Positions 18,763 through 27,900 of a stretch of 64,000 bases of DNA are shown here, piece by piece. Position 1 is the stretch's first letter, and each line of letters starts with the position of its first letter. Origin of the DNA: Phycisphaerales bacterium (GTDB lineage: Bacteria > Planctomycetota > Phycisphaerae > Phycisphaerales > SM1A02); NCBI GenBank assembly GCA_014238125.1, contig JABABS010000088.1:20847-84846 (forward strand), read 5' to 3'. The notes beneath the pieces were generated by a model, which was not told the DNA's origin, did not search any database, and saw only the letters and a list, made by a program, of their open reading frames with translations. The position numbers and the translations under genes were made by a program.

Positions 18763-19364
18763 GAACTACAAATACAAATAATAATTCACGACGTCAACAA
18801 ACAGCATTGCCACCGATCGAAGACTTTATGCCAAAGGGTCACCGAATGATCGAAGGCCACCACCCTGCAATGATGAGTAAAGAAGATCTACTAAAACAAG
18901 TTTCACTTTCATTTGGCAGAACAGGCGGACCGGGCGGGCAACATCGAAACAGGAAAGCAACTGCATGCACAGCAACGCATGTTCCAACAGATATTTCTGG
19001 CACTGCAACCGAAAGAAGAAGACAAAGTGAAAATAGATCGCTTTCGGTTTCACGTTTACGAAAAACGCTTGCAATAATTCTCAGGCGAACGATAGATACG
19101 GATAATTGGACATGTAGTGAATTGTGGGCTGGTAGGCAACAGGGCGAACAACTTCCAATAAACCCGAAACACCAAGATTACCCACACCTTCTTGCAGAAG
19201 CACTCGATTTGTTGTTTGCTTTTGATTTTGATATTTCTTCAACTGCAACGTGCGCTTCGCTCTCTTCCTCCCAAATCGTAAAGTTGATTGCGCACGACAA
19301 GCAAGCATTGAATTGGGTAAATGAACAAAGAGAGGAGCGGGGTTTATCTCCGCTTAAGTCATGA
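18759..19364 (+). CDS. GGQ-motif (RF-1 domain, ArfB-like) peptidyl-tRNA hydrolase family protein with unrecognised C-terminal half
   Basis: GRTGGPGGQHRNRKATACTATHVPTDISG...ERRRQSENR resembles the class-I release factor / ArfB catalytic domain. ATG 18759 overlaps the tsaD stop (ATGA); a later start (MMSKEDLL...) would give ArfB-like spacing to GGQ. The last ~100 aa resemble nothing I recognise. Confidence 0.6.
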   Translation: MRTTNTNNNSRRQQTALPPIEDFMPKGHRMIEGHHPAMMSKEDLLKQVSLSFGRTGGPGGQHRNRKATACTATHVPTDISGTATERRRQSENRSLSVSRLRKTLAIILRRTIDTDNWTCSELWAGRQQGEQLPINPKHQDYPHLLAEALDLLFAFDFDISSTATCASLSSSQIVKLIAHDKQALNWVNEQREERGLSPLKS

Positions 19365-20566
19365 CTATTTCAGAAAAAATCGACAAGTGCATCGAGGCGA
19401 TCTTGCCTGAACTCATCGAGATTCGTCACGATCTTCATGCACATCCTGAACTTGGTTATAAAGAGAATCGCACGAGTGAGGTCATAAAAAAAGAACTTGC
19501 AAATGCTGGTGTTCCTTTTGTTGAAAATCTCGCTGGAGGAACGGGAGTTCTTGGCCATCTCTCAGGTGAAGGAAATGAAGCTGTTGGCCTTCGCGCAGAC
19601 ATTGATGCCCTGCCCATCACGGAAATCAATACATTCAAATGGAAATCATTGCACGAAGGATGCATGCATGCGTGTGGGCATGACGGGCATACAGCAGTTT
19701 TAATTGGTGTTGCAAAAGTTCTTGCAGAAATTGCGAAAGAATCAAAATTACCTAACCCAGTTACATTTGTTTTTCAACCCGCAGAAGAGGGTGGTGGTGG
19801 TGGCAAACGAATGGTCGAAGATGGATGTCTCGATGGTTCGAAAATCGGACCAAAAGTCTCTGTCATGTATGGCTTACATGGCTGGCCACAACACACAGCA
19901 AAACACGTCCAAACTCGTGTTGGTGCTGTTCTTGCATCAGATGTTGGCGTTAACATTAAAATTACTGGCACAGGCGGTCATGCAGCTTTTCCTCATTTTT
20001 GTGACGATCCAATACTATGTGCAGCCAACGTAATCACATCTATGCAACAAATTGTTTCAAGGAATACTGACCCACTAGATTCACTCGTAATATCGTTGAC
20101 ACAAATCCATGGTGGCACAACGCACAATATAATTCCAAGCAGTGCTGAAATAACCGGCACCATTCGTTTTTTACAGGATTCTACTGGCGAAATGGCGAAA
20201 CGAAGAGTCAAGAAAATTACCGAGTCACTTGCTTCTGCCCACAATTGTACTGCAGACGTCACGCTCATTGACGGGTACCCAGTCACTCGAAACGATAAGT
20301 GTGCTGTTGCGCATTTTTTTGAAACTGCAAACGCTGTGTTACCCAAAGAGCACGTTGGGGAATTCCCTGCACCAGTCATGGGCGGAGAAGATTTTTCCTA
20401 TTATTGCAAAGAAGTTCCTTCGTGCTTTTTTATGGTTGGATTATTACCCGAAGGCGAAGAAAGTATGCCATCGCTCCATCAACCAGACTTTGATTTTAAC
20501 GATGATGTGATTCCTACATGCGTAAAAATGTTTTGCGAACTTGCGTTACGTTACAGTGAATTCTGA
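19361..20566 (+). CDS. M20D-family amidohydrolase (N-acyl-L-amino acid amidohydrolase / hippurate hydrolase-like)
   Basis: IRHDLHAHPELGYKE, ALRADIDALP, HACGHDGH and the overall ~400 aa layout are typical of M20D aminoacylases. Start overlaps the upstream stop (ATGA). Confidence 0.8.
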   Translation: MTISEKIDKCIEAILPELIEIRHDLHAHPELGYKENRTSEVIKKELANAGVPFVENLAGGTGVLGHLSGEGNEAVGLRADIDALPITEINTFKWKSLHEGCMHACGHDGHTAVLIGVAKVLAEIAKESKLPNPVTFVFQPAEEGGGGGKRMVEDGCLDGSKIGPKVSVMYGLHGWPQHTAKHVQTRVGAVLASDVGVNIKITGTGGHAAFPHFCDDPILCAANVITSMQQIVSRNTDPLDSLVISLTQIHGGTTHNIIPSSAEITGTIRFLQDSTGEMAKRRVKKITESLASAHNCTADVTLIDGYPVTRNDKCAVAHFFETANAVLPKEHVGEFPAPVMGGEDFSYYCKEVPSCFFMVGLLPEGEESMPSLHQPDFDFNDDVIPTCVKMFCELALRYSEF

Positions 20567-22107
20567 GAAGTATGCTCAGCGATCATTTGATCGTATTCAG
20601 AAAAATCAAGATTTAAAAACATGACTACAAGTTCGGGGTCAAATTGTGATCCAGAACAATTTTTGACTTCCTCTAAAACTTCGCCTCGATCAAGTCCATC
20701 TCGATATGCTCTTGAAGAACACATTGCGTCAAACGCATCAGCGATTCCAAGAAGACGACCAAAGAAAGATGTTTCCTTTTCCTTGGTGCCATCAGGATAT
20801 CCTTTGCCATCCCATCGCTCATGATGTGCACGTACTCCTGGAAGTACTGCACAGAGTTGTGGGACGCCAGAAAGAATTTTTTCACCAATGACAGGGTGTT
20901 CCTTGATCCGATTGTATTCGTCGTCAGTCAATTTCCCCGCTTTGCGGAGGATTGCTTCTGGTATGCCAATTTTACCGATGTCGTGCACCAATCCGCAAAT
21001 ATGAACTTCCTCAAGAGTTGTCTTGTCGAGACCCATCTCAATTGCGAGAGTTTTTGCAAGCCAAGCAACACGTACTGAGTGACCTCGTGTGTATGTGTCC
21101 TTTGCATCGATTGCCGCAACGAGTGCTCCAACAGTCCCAAGCAACAATCCTTGTCTTTCATCTGCGTGGCGTCTTTCAATATCAACTCGCATCAAGTTTG
21201 ACATTGCAAGTGCTGTTATCTCTGCAAGTCCTGTACAAAACTCAACATCTTCGATCACAGGCTGCCCCTGAAGTTGCCCATCGCGGTTATCTAAATAAAT
21301 ACAGCCCGCTACTGCATGCCCGAGCATGATTGGAACACAGAGCGCTTCTTCAATCGAGTATTGCATGATCGATTGAGCTTGGTCATCGACAACTTCAGTT
21401 CGTTGGAATTGCACTGGCTCACCATCGAACGCTGCATCAAGAAGCGAACGACTGATATTCGGTACACCGTCATTTACTATTCGGCCCTTCGTTGCGAGCA
21501 CTTCGACTAAACCTTCTGAACCTGTTGGCTTCACAATTGCAACATTTCCATATGCTGTTGCAGCCACAGCGGCTTCTGCAACTGCAGCAGCCATTGCGAC
21601 CTCCGTGCCTGCTTCGTGAATAGCCCTGCTGCAAGTGAGGAGCGCCTTTAATTTCTCGTGGGCAAGTCCCCCGCCTTGTGTTTTTTCAATCCTCCGAATT
21701 GATGTTCCCGAAGCTTGGAGTGAATCATCGATTGTCTGCGTGAGATTTTTCTTTTCATTAGGATCGATAACTTGAAAAGTAAAAGGTTCAATAACTATCA
21801 AATCACCTGACCTGATAGGTACTCCACGATTTGCTTCCAACCTTACACCATTGAGAAAAGTGCCGTGCCTAGAATTATTGTCCACCAGGGTCCATTTTCT
21901 TACTTTGCCAAGGAGGCGCGAAGTCAAGTGAGCGTGATCTCGTGACACTGTTGCACCAGAGGCTAATACCAGATCATGTTCGGGTCGCCTGCCGATGGTT
22001 ATTGACTCTTCACCGCAGAGCGTTACGGTGAGGTTCTCAGGACCATGAATCGTCTTTAACTGGAGATCGGCACCTTCACTCATCAGAGACAATGTAACAG
22101 AACTCAC
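20551..22107 (-). CDS. FHA-GAF-HD-GYP multidomain protein (putative c-di-GMP phosphodiesterase)
   Basis: N-terminal FHA (ITIGRRPEHDLVL...VSRDHAHL...LVDNNSRHGTFLNG). Central GAF-like region. C-terminal HD-GYP (HSVRVAW..., LVHDIGKIGIPEAIL, HHERWDGKGYPDG). GTG 22107 or ATG 22083 as start. Confidence 0.8.
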   Translation of the reverse strand: MSSVTLSLMSEGADLQLKTIHGPENLTVTLCGEESITIGRRPEHDLVLASGATVSRDHAHLTSRLLGKVRKWTLVDNNSRHGTFLNGVRLEANRGVPIRSGDLIVIEPFTFQVIDPNEKKNLTQTIDDSLQASGTSIRRIEKTQGGGLAHEKLKALLTCSRAIHEAGTEVAMAAAVAEAAVAATAYGNVAIVKPTGSEGLVEVLATKGRIVNDGVPNISRSLLDAAFDGEPVQFQRTEVVDDQAQSIMQYSIEEALCVPIMLGHAVAGCIYLDNRDGQLQGQPVIEDVEFCTGLAEITALAMSNLMRVDIERRHADERQGLLLGTVGALVAAIDAKDTYTRGHSVRVAWLAKTLAIEMGLDKTTLEEVHICGLVHDIGKIGIPEAILRKAGKLTDDEYNRIKEHPVIGEKILSGVPQLCAVLPGVRAHHERWDGKGYPDGTKEKETSFFGRLLGIADAFDAMCSSRAYRDGLDRGEVLEEVKNCSGSQFDPELVVMFLNLDFSEYDQMIAEHTSQNSL

Positions 22108-22280
22108 TATATATGACCCGCGGTCAAATTACTGCGAGTTGTTGAACCCCACTGTTCTTGCTACTATACGTGGCTCGAAACAAAACCGTTATGACCACTG
22201 TGCCGCGACTCAGGCCGAGTTCGCTTCAAAGACCGTCTCGTAGACAATCTGGCAATGGTGGCAGGCAGGAGAAAACACTA

Positions 22281-22709
22281 ATGGCCAAACGTGTAGAAAA
22301 AATATTCAAGGTGCTAGCTCCGGGTGGAAAAGCAACCCCGGCACCACCTCTAGGACCCGTACTTGGTGCCAATGGCGTCAACCCAGGTCAATTTATCCAG
22401 TTATTTAATGATCGAACGAAGGAACTCAATGGTAAGGTTGTTGGCTGTATCGTCACGCTTTACGCTGATCGATCGTTTGATATTGAAATCAAATCTTCGC
22501 CAGCAGCTGAACTGCTAAAGCTCGCCGCAGGCGTTCCAAAGGGCTCGGGTGTTCCCCACACCGACAAAGTAGGTTCGGTCTCGCAAGAACAACTAAAATC
22601 GATTGCTGAAGAAAAAATGGAAGATCTCAACGCAGCTTGCATTGAATCAGCCATGAAAATCATTGCTGGTACCGCAAGGTCCATGGGCATTACTGTGGAG
22701 GGCGCGTAA
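22281..22709 (+). CDS. rplK: 50S ribosomal protein L11
   Basis: [29 protein letters not shown] is the conserved L11 N-terminus. ATG 22281 follows GGCAGGAGAAAA; the in-frame upstream extension from 22158 was ignored. Confidence 0.93.
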
Positions 22710-22711
22710 CA

Positions 22712-23395
22712 ATGCCAAAACTATCAAAAAGAAATAAAGCGTCTGCAGAAATAGCAGAAAAAGGTAAAGAAAAACATCAAGTAACTGATGCTATAAAACT
22801 TCTTAAGTCCTTTCCTGCCACTAAGTTCGATCAAACTGTAGAGATTGCAATGCACCTCTCAATTGATCCACGACAAGCAGATCAACAACTCCGTGGAGCT
22901 GTTTCAATGCCAAAAGGTGTTGGACGATCAGCACGCGTCATTTGCTTTTGCCCAAGCGATAAAGCAGATGCAGCCAAAGCTGCAGGTGCGGTTGAAGCTG
23001 GCGGTGAAGACCTCGTCAAAAAGGTTGAGGGTGGATGGCTCGAATTTGATGTCGCCATTTCTACACCAGATATGATGCGATTTGTCGGTAAACTTGGTCG
23101 AGCGCTAGGACCTAAAGGGTTGATGCCATCGCCAAAGGCTGGGACCGTGGCTGCTGATTTTGAGACTGCTGTTTCGGAATTTGCTGCTGGTAAAGTCGAA
23201 TACCGCAACGATGACAGTGGTAATATTCACTGCGTTGTTGGAAAAATGAGTTTTTCTGAGGAAGATCTCATCGTAAACCTTAATTTCTTTATCAATATGA
23301 TCACCAAGGCTCGACCCGCAGCCGTTAAGGGTGATTATGTCAAAAAATGCGTAATTAGCGGATCGATGACGCCAAGCGTGCGAATCGATGTCTAA
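22712..23395 (+). CDS. rplA: 50S ribosomal protein L1
   Basis: 227 aa, L1-like throughout (FDQTVEIAMHLSIDPRQADQQLRG, GKLGRALGPKGLMPSPKAGTV). Position is conserved after rplK. Confidence 0.93.
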   Translation: MPKLSKRNKASAEIAEKGKEKHQVTDAIKLLKSFPATKFDQTVEIAMHLSIDPRQADQQLRGAVSMPKGVGRSARVICFCPSDKADAAKAAGAVEAGGEDLVKKVEGGWLEFDVAISTPDMMRFVGKLGRALGPKGLMPSPKAGTVAADFETAVSEFAAGKVEYRNDDSGNIHCVVGKMSFSEEDLIVNLNFFINMITKARPAAVKGDYVKKCVISGSMTPSVRIDV

Positions 23396-23417
23396 CCCAA
23401 GAGAGGATTAATGACCA

Positions 23418-23963
23418 ATGAGTAAACCAGTAAAAGAAATGATTGTTGCAGAATATAAGCGACGTTTCGACGGTGTTTCAAATGGCCTGCTGATCGATAT
23501 CCGCGGCATCGAAGCAAACAAAAATAACGAATTACGAGTGGACCTCCTTAATAAGGATATCCATATCACAGTGTTGAAGAACTCACTTGCGAAAACTGCG
23601 TTTCAAGATACTGATTTAAAAGGACTTACAGAATATATTGAGGGGCCCACCGCATTTGCTTTTGGTGGCAATTCAGTAGTCGAAGTGGCAAGAAATCTAG
23701 TCGATTGGGCTAAAAAGATCAAAAACTTAGAACTCAAGGCAGCAGTGCTAGATGGTCAATTTTTTGAGGGCACCGATGGTGTCAAACGCCTAAGCAATTT
23801 CCCAACAAAAGAGGAATCCCAAGGCATTGTCGTCCAACTTCTACTCTCCCCTGCTGGAAACGTTGTCAAAGCAGCAACCAGCCCCGGAGGCAACATCGTT
23901 GGCATCGTGAAAGAAATGAGTTCCATGCTAGAAGATGGAAAAACAATCGAGAAGATTGCATAA
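23418..23963 (+). CDS. rplJ: 50S ribosomal protein L10
   Basis: 181 aa with L10-like N-terminal domain. Position is conserved between rplA and rplL. Confidence 0.9.
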   Translation: MSKPVKEMIVAEYKRRFDGVSNGLLIDIRGIEANKNNELRVDLLNKDIHITVLKNSLAKTAFQDTDLKGLTEYIEGPTAFAFGGNSVVEVARNLVDWAKKIKNLELKAAVLDGQFFEGTDGVKRLSNFPTKEESQGIVVQLLLSPAGNVVKAATSPGGNIVGIVKEMSSMLEDGKTIEKIA

Positions 23964-24065
23964 AGAACTATATGACATCGCGTTAGGGACTGGCCCCTTG
24001 GGGTTAAAAGTCGCACAGGGCGGCTCCTCTCCCACGCATGAAATTTTTATTGGAGTACGAAAATT

Positions 24066-24473
24066 ATGAGCGAAGAAGCAACAGCAACAAAAGAATTTGA
24101 TGCAAAAGTAAGTAAAATCGGTGATGAAATCGCTGGTCTTACGCTTACCGAAGCAGTGGATTTGGCTGATTACATGAAGGATACCTACGGTATCGAACCT
24201 GCCGCTGGAGGCGCAGTCATGATGGCTGGTCCTGCTGAGGGTGGTGGTGGCAGTGACGAACAAACAGAATTTGACGTTGTCCTCGAAGCTGCAGGAGAGA
24301 AGAAAATCGCAGTCATCAAGGCTGTGCGTGAAATCACTGGTCTTGGTCTCAAGGAAGCAAAAGGTCTCGTTGACGAAGCACCAAAAGCACTCAAAGAGAA
24401 GTGCTCAGAGGACGAAGCCAATGATATCAAAGCGAAACTTGAAGAAGCTGGAGCAACAGTCAGCATCAAGTAA
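24066..24473 (+). CDS. rplL: 50S ribosomal protein L7/L12
   Basis: Ala/Gly hinge and conserved C-terminal domain ([27 protein letters not shown]...[11 protein letters not shown]). Confidence 0.93.
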   Translation: MSEEATATKEFDAKVSKIGDEIAGLTLTEAVDLADYMKDTYGIEPAAGGAVMMAGPAEGGGGSDEQTEFDVVLEAAGEKKIAVIKAVREITGLGLKEAKGLVDEAPKALKEKCSEDEANDIKAKLEEAGATVSIK

Positions 24474-24500
24474 TAACGATCTACTGATCAAATACACAAA

Positions 24501-24534
24501 AACGGCCTGCAAAGCAATTTGCAGGCCGTTTTTT
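24501..24534 (+). terminator. strong intrinsic terminator/attenuator between rplL and rpoB
   Basis: Perfect 13-bp stem AACGGCCTGCAAA / TTTGCAGGCCGTT with GCAA tetraloop, followed by a T-run (24529-24534). Confidence 0.8.
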
Positions 24535-24906
24535 CAACAATAGCAGGTCCAATAGTTAAATTCAATTGTTCAAAATCACACAAAATGCAATTCAGCTAGA
24601 GGCATTCCACCTCACGTAGATTTTAACAAGGAACCAAATTTTGCCCCTGCACTTCTCTCGTCCATTGCCAAAGCAAAGTGTATCAATCTGAGAGCTCGAA
24701 TCTGAAAGTTAAAAAACCTCTTTTTTTATAAATAATTTAAAGTTTTTGGCTCAATCGAGTTGTAAAAACGCTCTTGGCGGGATACTCTACGAGGCTCGGC
24801 AGCGGCGGTCGCGGCTCTACATGAACGAATAAATAAGCAAAAGCACACTTTAACGAGACATCAAGTGCAAATAAGCACGATGTGGGCTCAGTTGTGAGGT
24901 TACTTT

Positions 24907-27900
24907 ATGGCGACGAATACGATACGCAACTTCGCGAAACGCGGAGATGCAATACCGGTACCAAATCTAACTCAAGTTCAAGGACGAGCATATAACAAGC
25001 TCATCCAAGAAGATTGTGATCCACTCGAAAGAGAACCGATCGGACTTGAGGGTCTGTTAAGAGAGGTGTTCCCAATTGAATCGTACGATGGTTCAATGCG
25101 GGTGGAATACCTTTATTACAAATTAGAAAAACCCCGCTACACCACTGCGGAATGTAAAGAACTTCGGCGAACCTACGGATTGCCGTTTCGCATAGGCGTG
25201 CAATTTGTTCGCGATGAAGTTGCAGAAGTCATTAAGGAAGAAATTTACCTTGGTGAAATTCCATACATGATCGGTGGTGGTGAATTTATTGTGAACGGCT
25301 CCGAACGAGTCATCGTCAACCAACTTCACAGATCACCAGGTATTGACTTCCACCTCCTTGAAGACATCGGCGACCGTCAACTTCATAAAGCACGCATCAT
25401 TCCTGAACGAGGTTCATGGATTGAAATTGAAGTGACTAAAAAAGATGTATTGGCGATGAAAATTGATCAATCTGCAAAGATTGCTGCGACTACTTTCCTT
25501 CGCGCTCTCGATGAAAAATTCAGTTCGACTGAGAAAATCCTTGATTATTTTTACGATGTCAAAGAAATTTCAGTAAACAAACTGAAACCAGAATACTACT
25601 CAGCAGAGCACATCCTTGATGCTGAAACTGGTGAAGAACTTTGCAAAGTCGGCTCGCAAATTGGTGACGCACTTGAAACAATTCTTGCCTCACCCATCAA
25701 AAAGATTTCTGTCATTGCAGACCCTGCAGATCCGCTTATTCTTAACACACTTGCAATTGAAAAACTTGATTTCCTTGCAGATGCAACCGAACACGAAGCC
25801 GCCTTACTCAAAATTTACGGACGCCTTCGCCCCGGAAACCCACCACAAGTTGAAAAAGCACGGCAACTTTTCGCTGAAAAGTTCTTTGATGACAATCGAT
25901 ATCGACTAGGTAAAGTTGGTCGTTTCCGTATCAACCGAAAGTTTGATATGGATGTACCTGAAGATGTCATGCATCTTCGTGCAGAAGACTTCCTTGCTGC
26001 TGTTGGGTACATCCACGATCTTCGCAGTCGTAAAGAAGGCGCTCGTGTTGATGACATCGATCACCTCGGAAACCGCCGTTTACGTACGCTCGACGAACTT
26101 GCAGTTGAAGAAATGAGAAAAGGTTTCTTGAAACTTCGCCGCACAGTTCAAGAACGAATGAGCGTAAAAGACCCAGAAGAACTTGCAAAAGTTGCTGATC
26201 TCGTAAACTCCAAAGCAGTCAGTTCAGCGATTGATTTCTTCTTCGGTCGAAGCGAACTTTCACAAGTAGTGGATCAAACAAACCCCCTCTCGATGATTGT
26301 TCATGAACGTCGACTTTCCGCACTTGGCCCTGGCGGTCTCAACCGTAAACGCGCTGGTTTTGATGTTCGTGACGTCCACGTCTCTCACTATGGTCGAATT
26401 TGCCCAATCGAAACGCCTGAAGGCACAAACATTGGTTTGATCGCATCACTAGGAATTTACGCAAGTATCGATGAATACGGCTTCATTCAAACGCCATATC
26501 GAACTGTTAAAAATCTCAAAGCGACTGACGAAGTTAAACTTCTTCGGGCAGACGAAGAAATCAACACCGTTCTTGCACCAACTGAAGTTCTCGATGAAAA
26601 CAGCAAAATTTCTACTGAACACGTTATTGCACGTCGAAGTGGTGACGTTACACAAGTCAATCCCAGTGACATTGAGTACATCGATATTTCTCCAAAACAA
26701 CTTGTAGGTATATCCGCTTCCCTGATTCCGTTCCTTGAACACGACGATGCAAACCGTGCATTAATGGGTTCAAATATGCAACGGCAAGCTGTGCCTCTAA
26801 TCATTCCTCAAGCCCCATCTGTTGCAACTGGCATGGAGCAGTTTGTAGGCAAGGACTCCGGTCTTCTTGTGAAATCGAAGCGAAGCGGCACCGTCACGTA
26901 TGTTGATGGACAACGGATTCTCATTGATGATGCTGATGAATACACACTTAAAACGTTCCAGCGTTTGAACGAACGCACATGTCAATCGCAGAAACCTATT
27001 GTAAAACTTGGCGACAAAATCAAAGAAGGCCAAATCATTGCAGATGGTGCTTCCACAGTAAACGGCGAACTTGCCATTGGCAAGAATGTCCTAGTCGCAT
27101 TCAATACATTTGATGGCTACAACTTTGAGGATGCGATCGTAATTTCTGAGCGTCTCGTAAAAGACGACACGTTTACTTCGATCCACATTGATAATTTCAG
27201 TGTTGAAGTTCGAGATACTAAACTTGGCAAAGAAGAGTTTACAAGAGACATCCCAAATGTTTCAGAAAAACAACTCATGAGCCTCAATGAAGATGGTGTG
27301 ATCCGAAACGGTGCAAGAGTTGGTCCAAGTGACATTCTCGTTGGCAAAGTAGTTCCAAAAAGTAAGAACGAACTCACGCCTGAAGAAAAACTCCTCCACG
27401 CAATCTTTGGGCGTGCTGGTGAAGACGTTAAAAATGAGTCACTTACTGTCCCTGCAGGCAGCAGCGGTGTCGTGATTGGCTCGAACCACTTCAGTCGTCG
27501 AATGCATCTTGGTGATGAGCAAAAAGCTGACCTCAAACACAAGATGGAAAATTACGAAGAAGTCATGAACGCGGAGGCTATTTCACTTTTCCGAGAGATG
27601 GTTCGTCAAATGAACGAAATCATCGGCACAGAAATGGTTGACTCTGCAACACGGCAAAAAGTTGGCATGTCTGACATTCCAGAAGTTATTCTTGAACAAA
27701 TTGAAAACTTCTCTGAGAAATGGGTCAAAGGTTCCAAGGGCTCAAAAGAAAATGCACTTGAAGTGCTTGGTCGATACTGGCCACGTATTGAAGCGATTGA
27801 AACTGAGAAAAAACGAAAACTCGATCACATGAAACGCGGTGACGAACTCAACTCTGGAGTTCTCGAAAAGACAGTGGTCTATCTTGCAAATAAGCGGGCG

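Noticed and set aside
22158-22280. N-terminal extensions offered by the ORF track for rplK (22158), ribH (53813), ftsI (50993), pckA (9086), carA (42803), the response regulator (7316), moaD (3285) and the LysM protein (50200).
   Set aside because: In each case a downstream start reproduces the conserved family N-terminus, often with a Shine-Dalgarno-like motif. The extension would also overlap a neighbouring gene or add non-homologous sequence.
24540-24906. Housekeeping ncRNAs (RNase P RNA, tmRNA, SRP RNA, 6S RNA) looked for in the long gaps at 24474-24906, 33135-33577, 41306-41603 and 61661-62082.
   Set aside because: By eye I found none of the conserved sequence blocks I know for these RNAs (e.g. 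the RNase P GAGGAAAGTCC block, a tmRNA tRNA-like end, the SRP GGAA/AGCA domain IV). A covariance-model scan would still be needed to exclude them.
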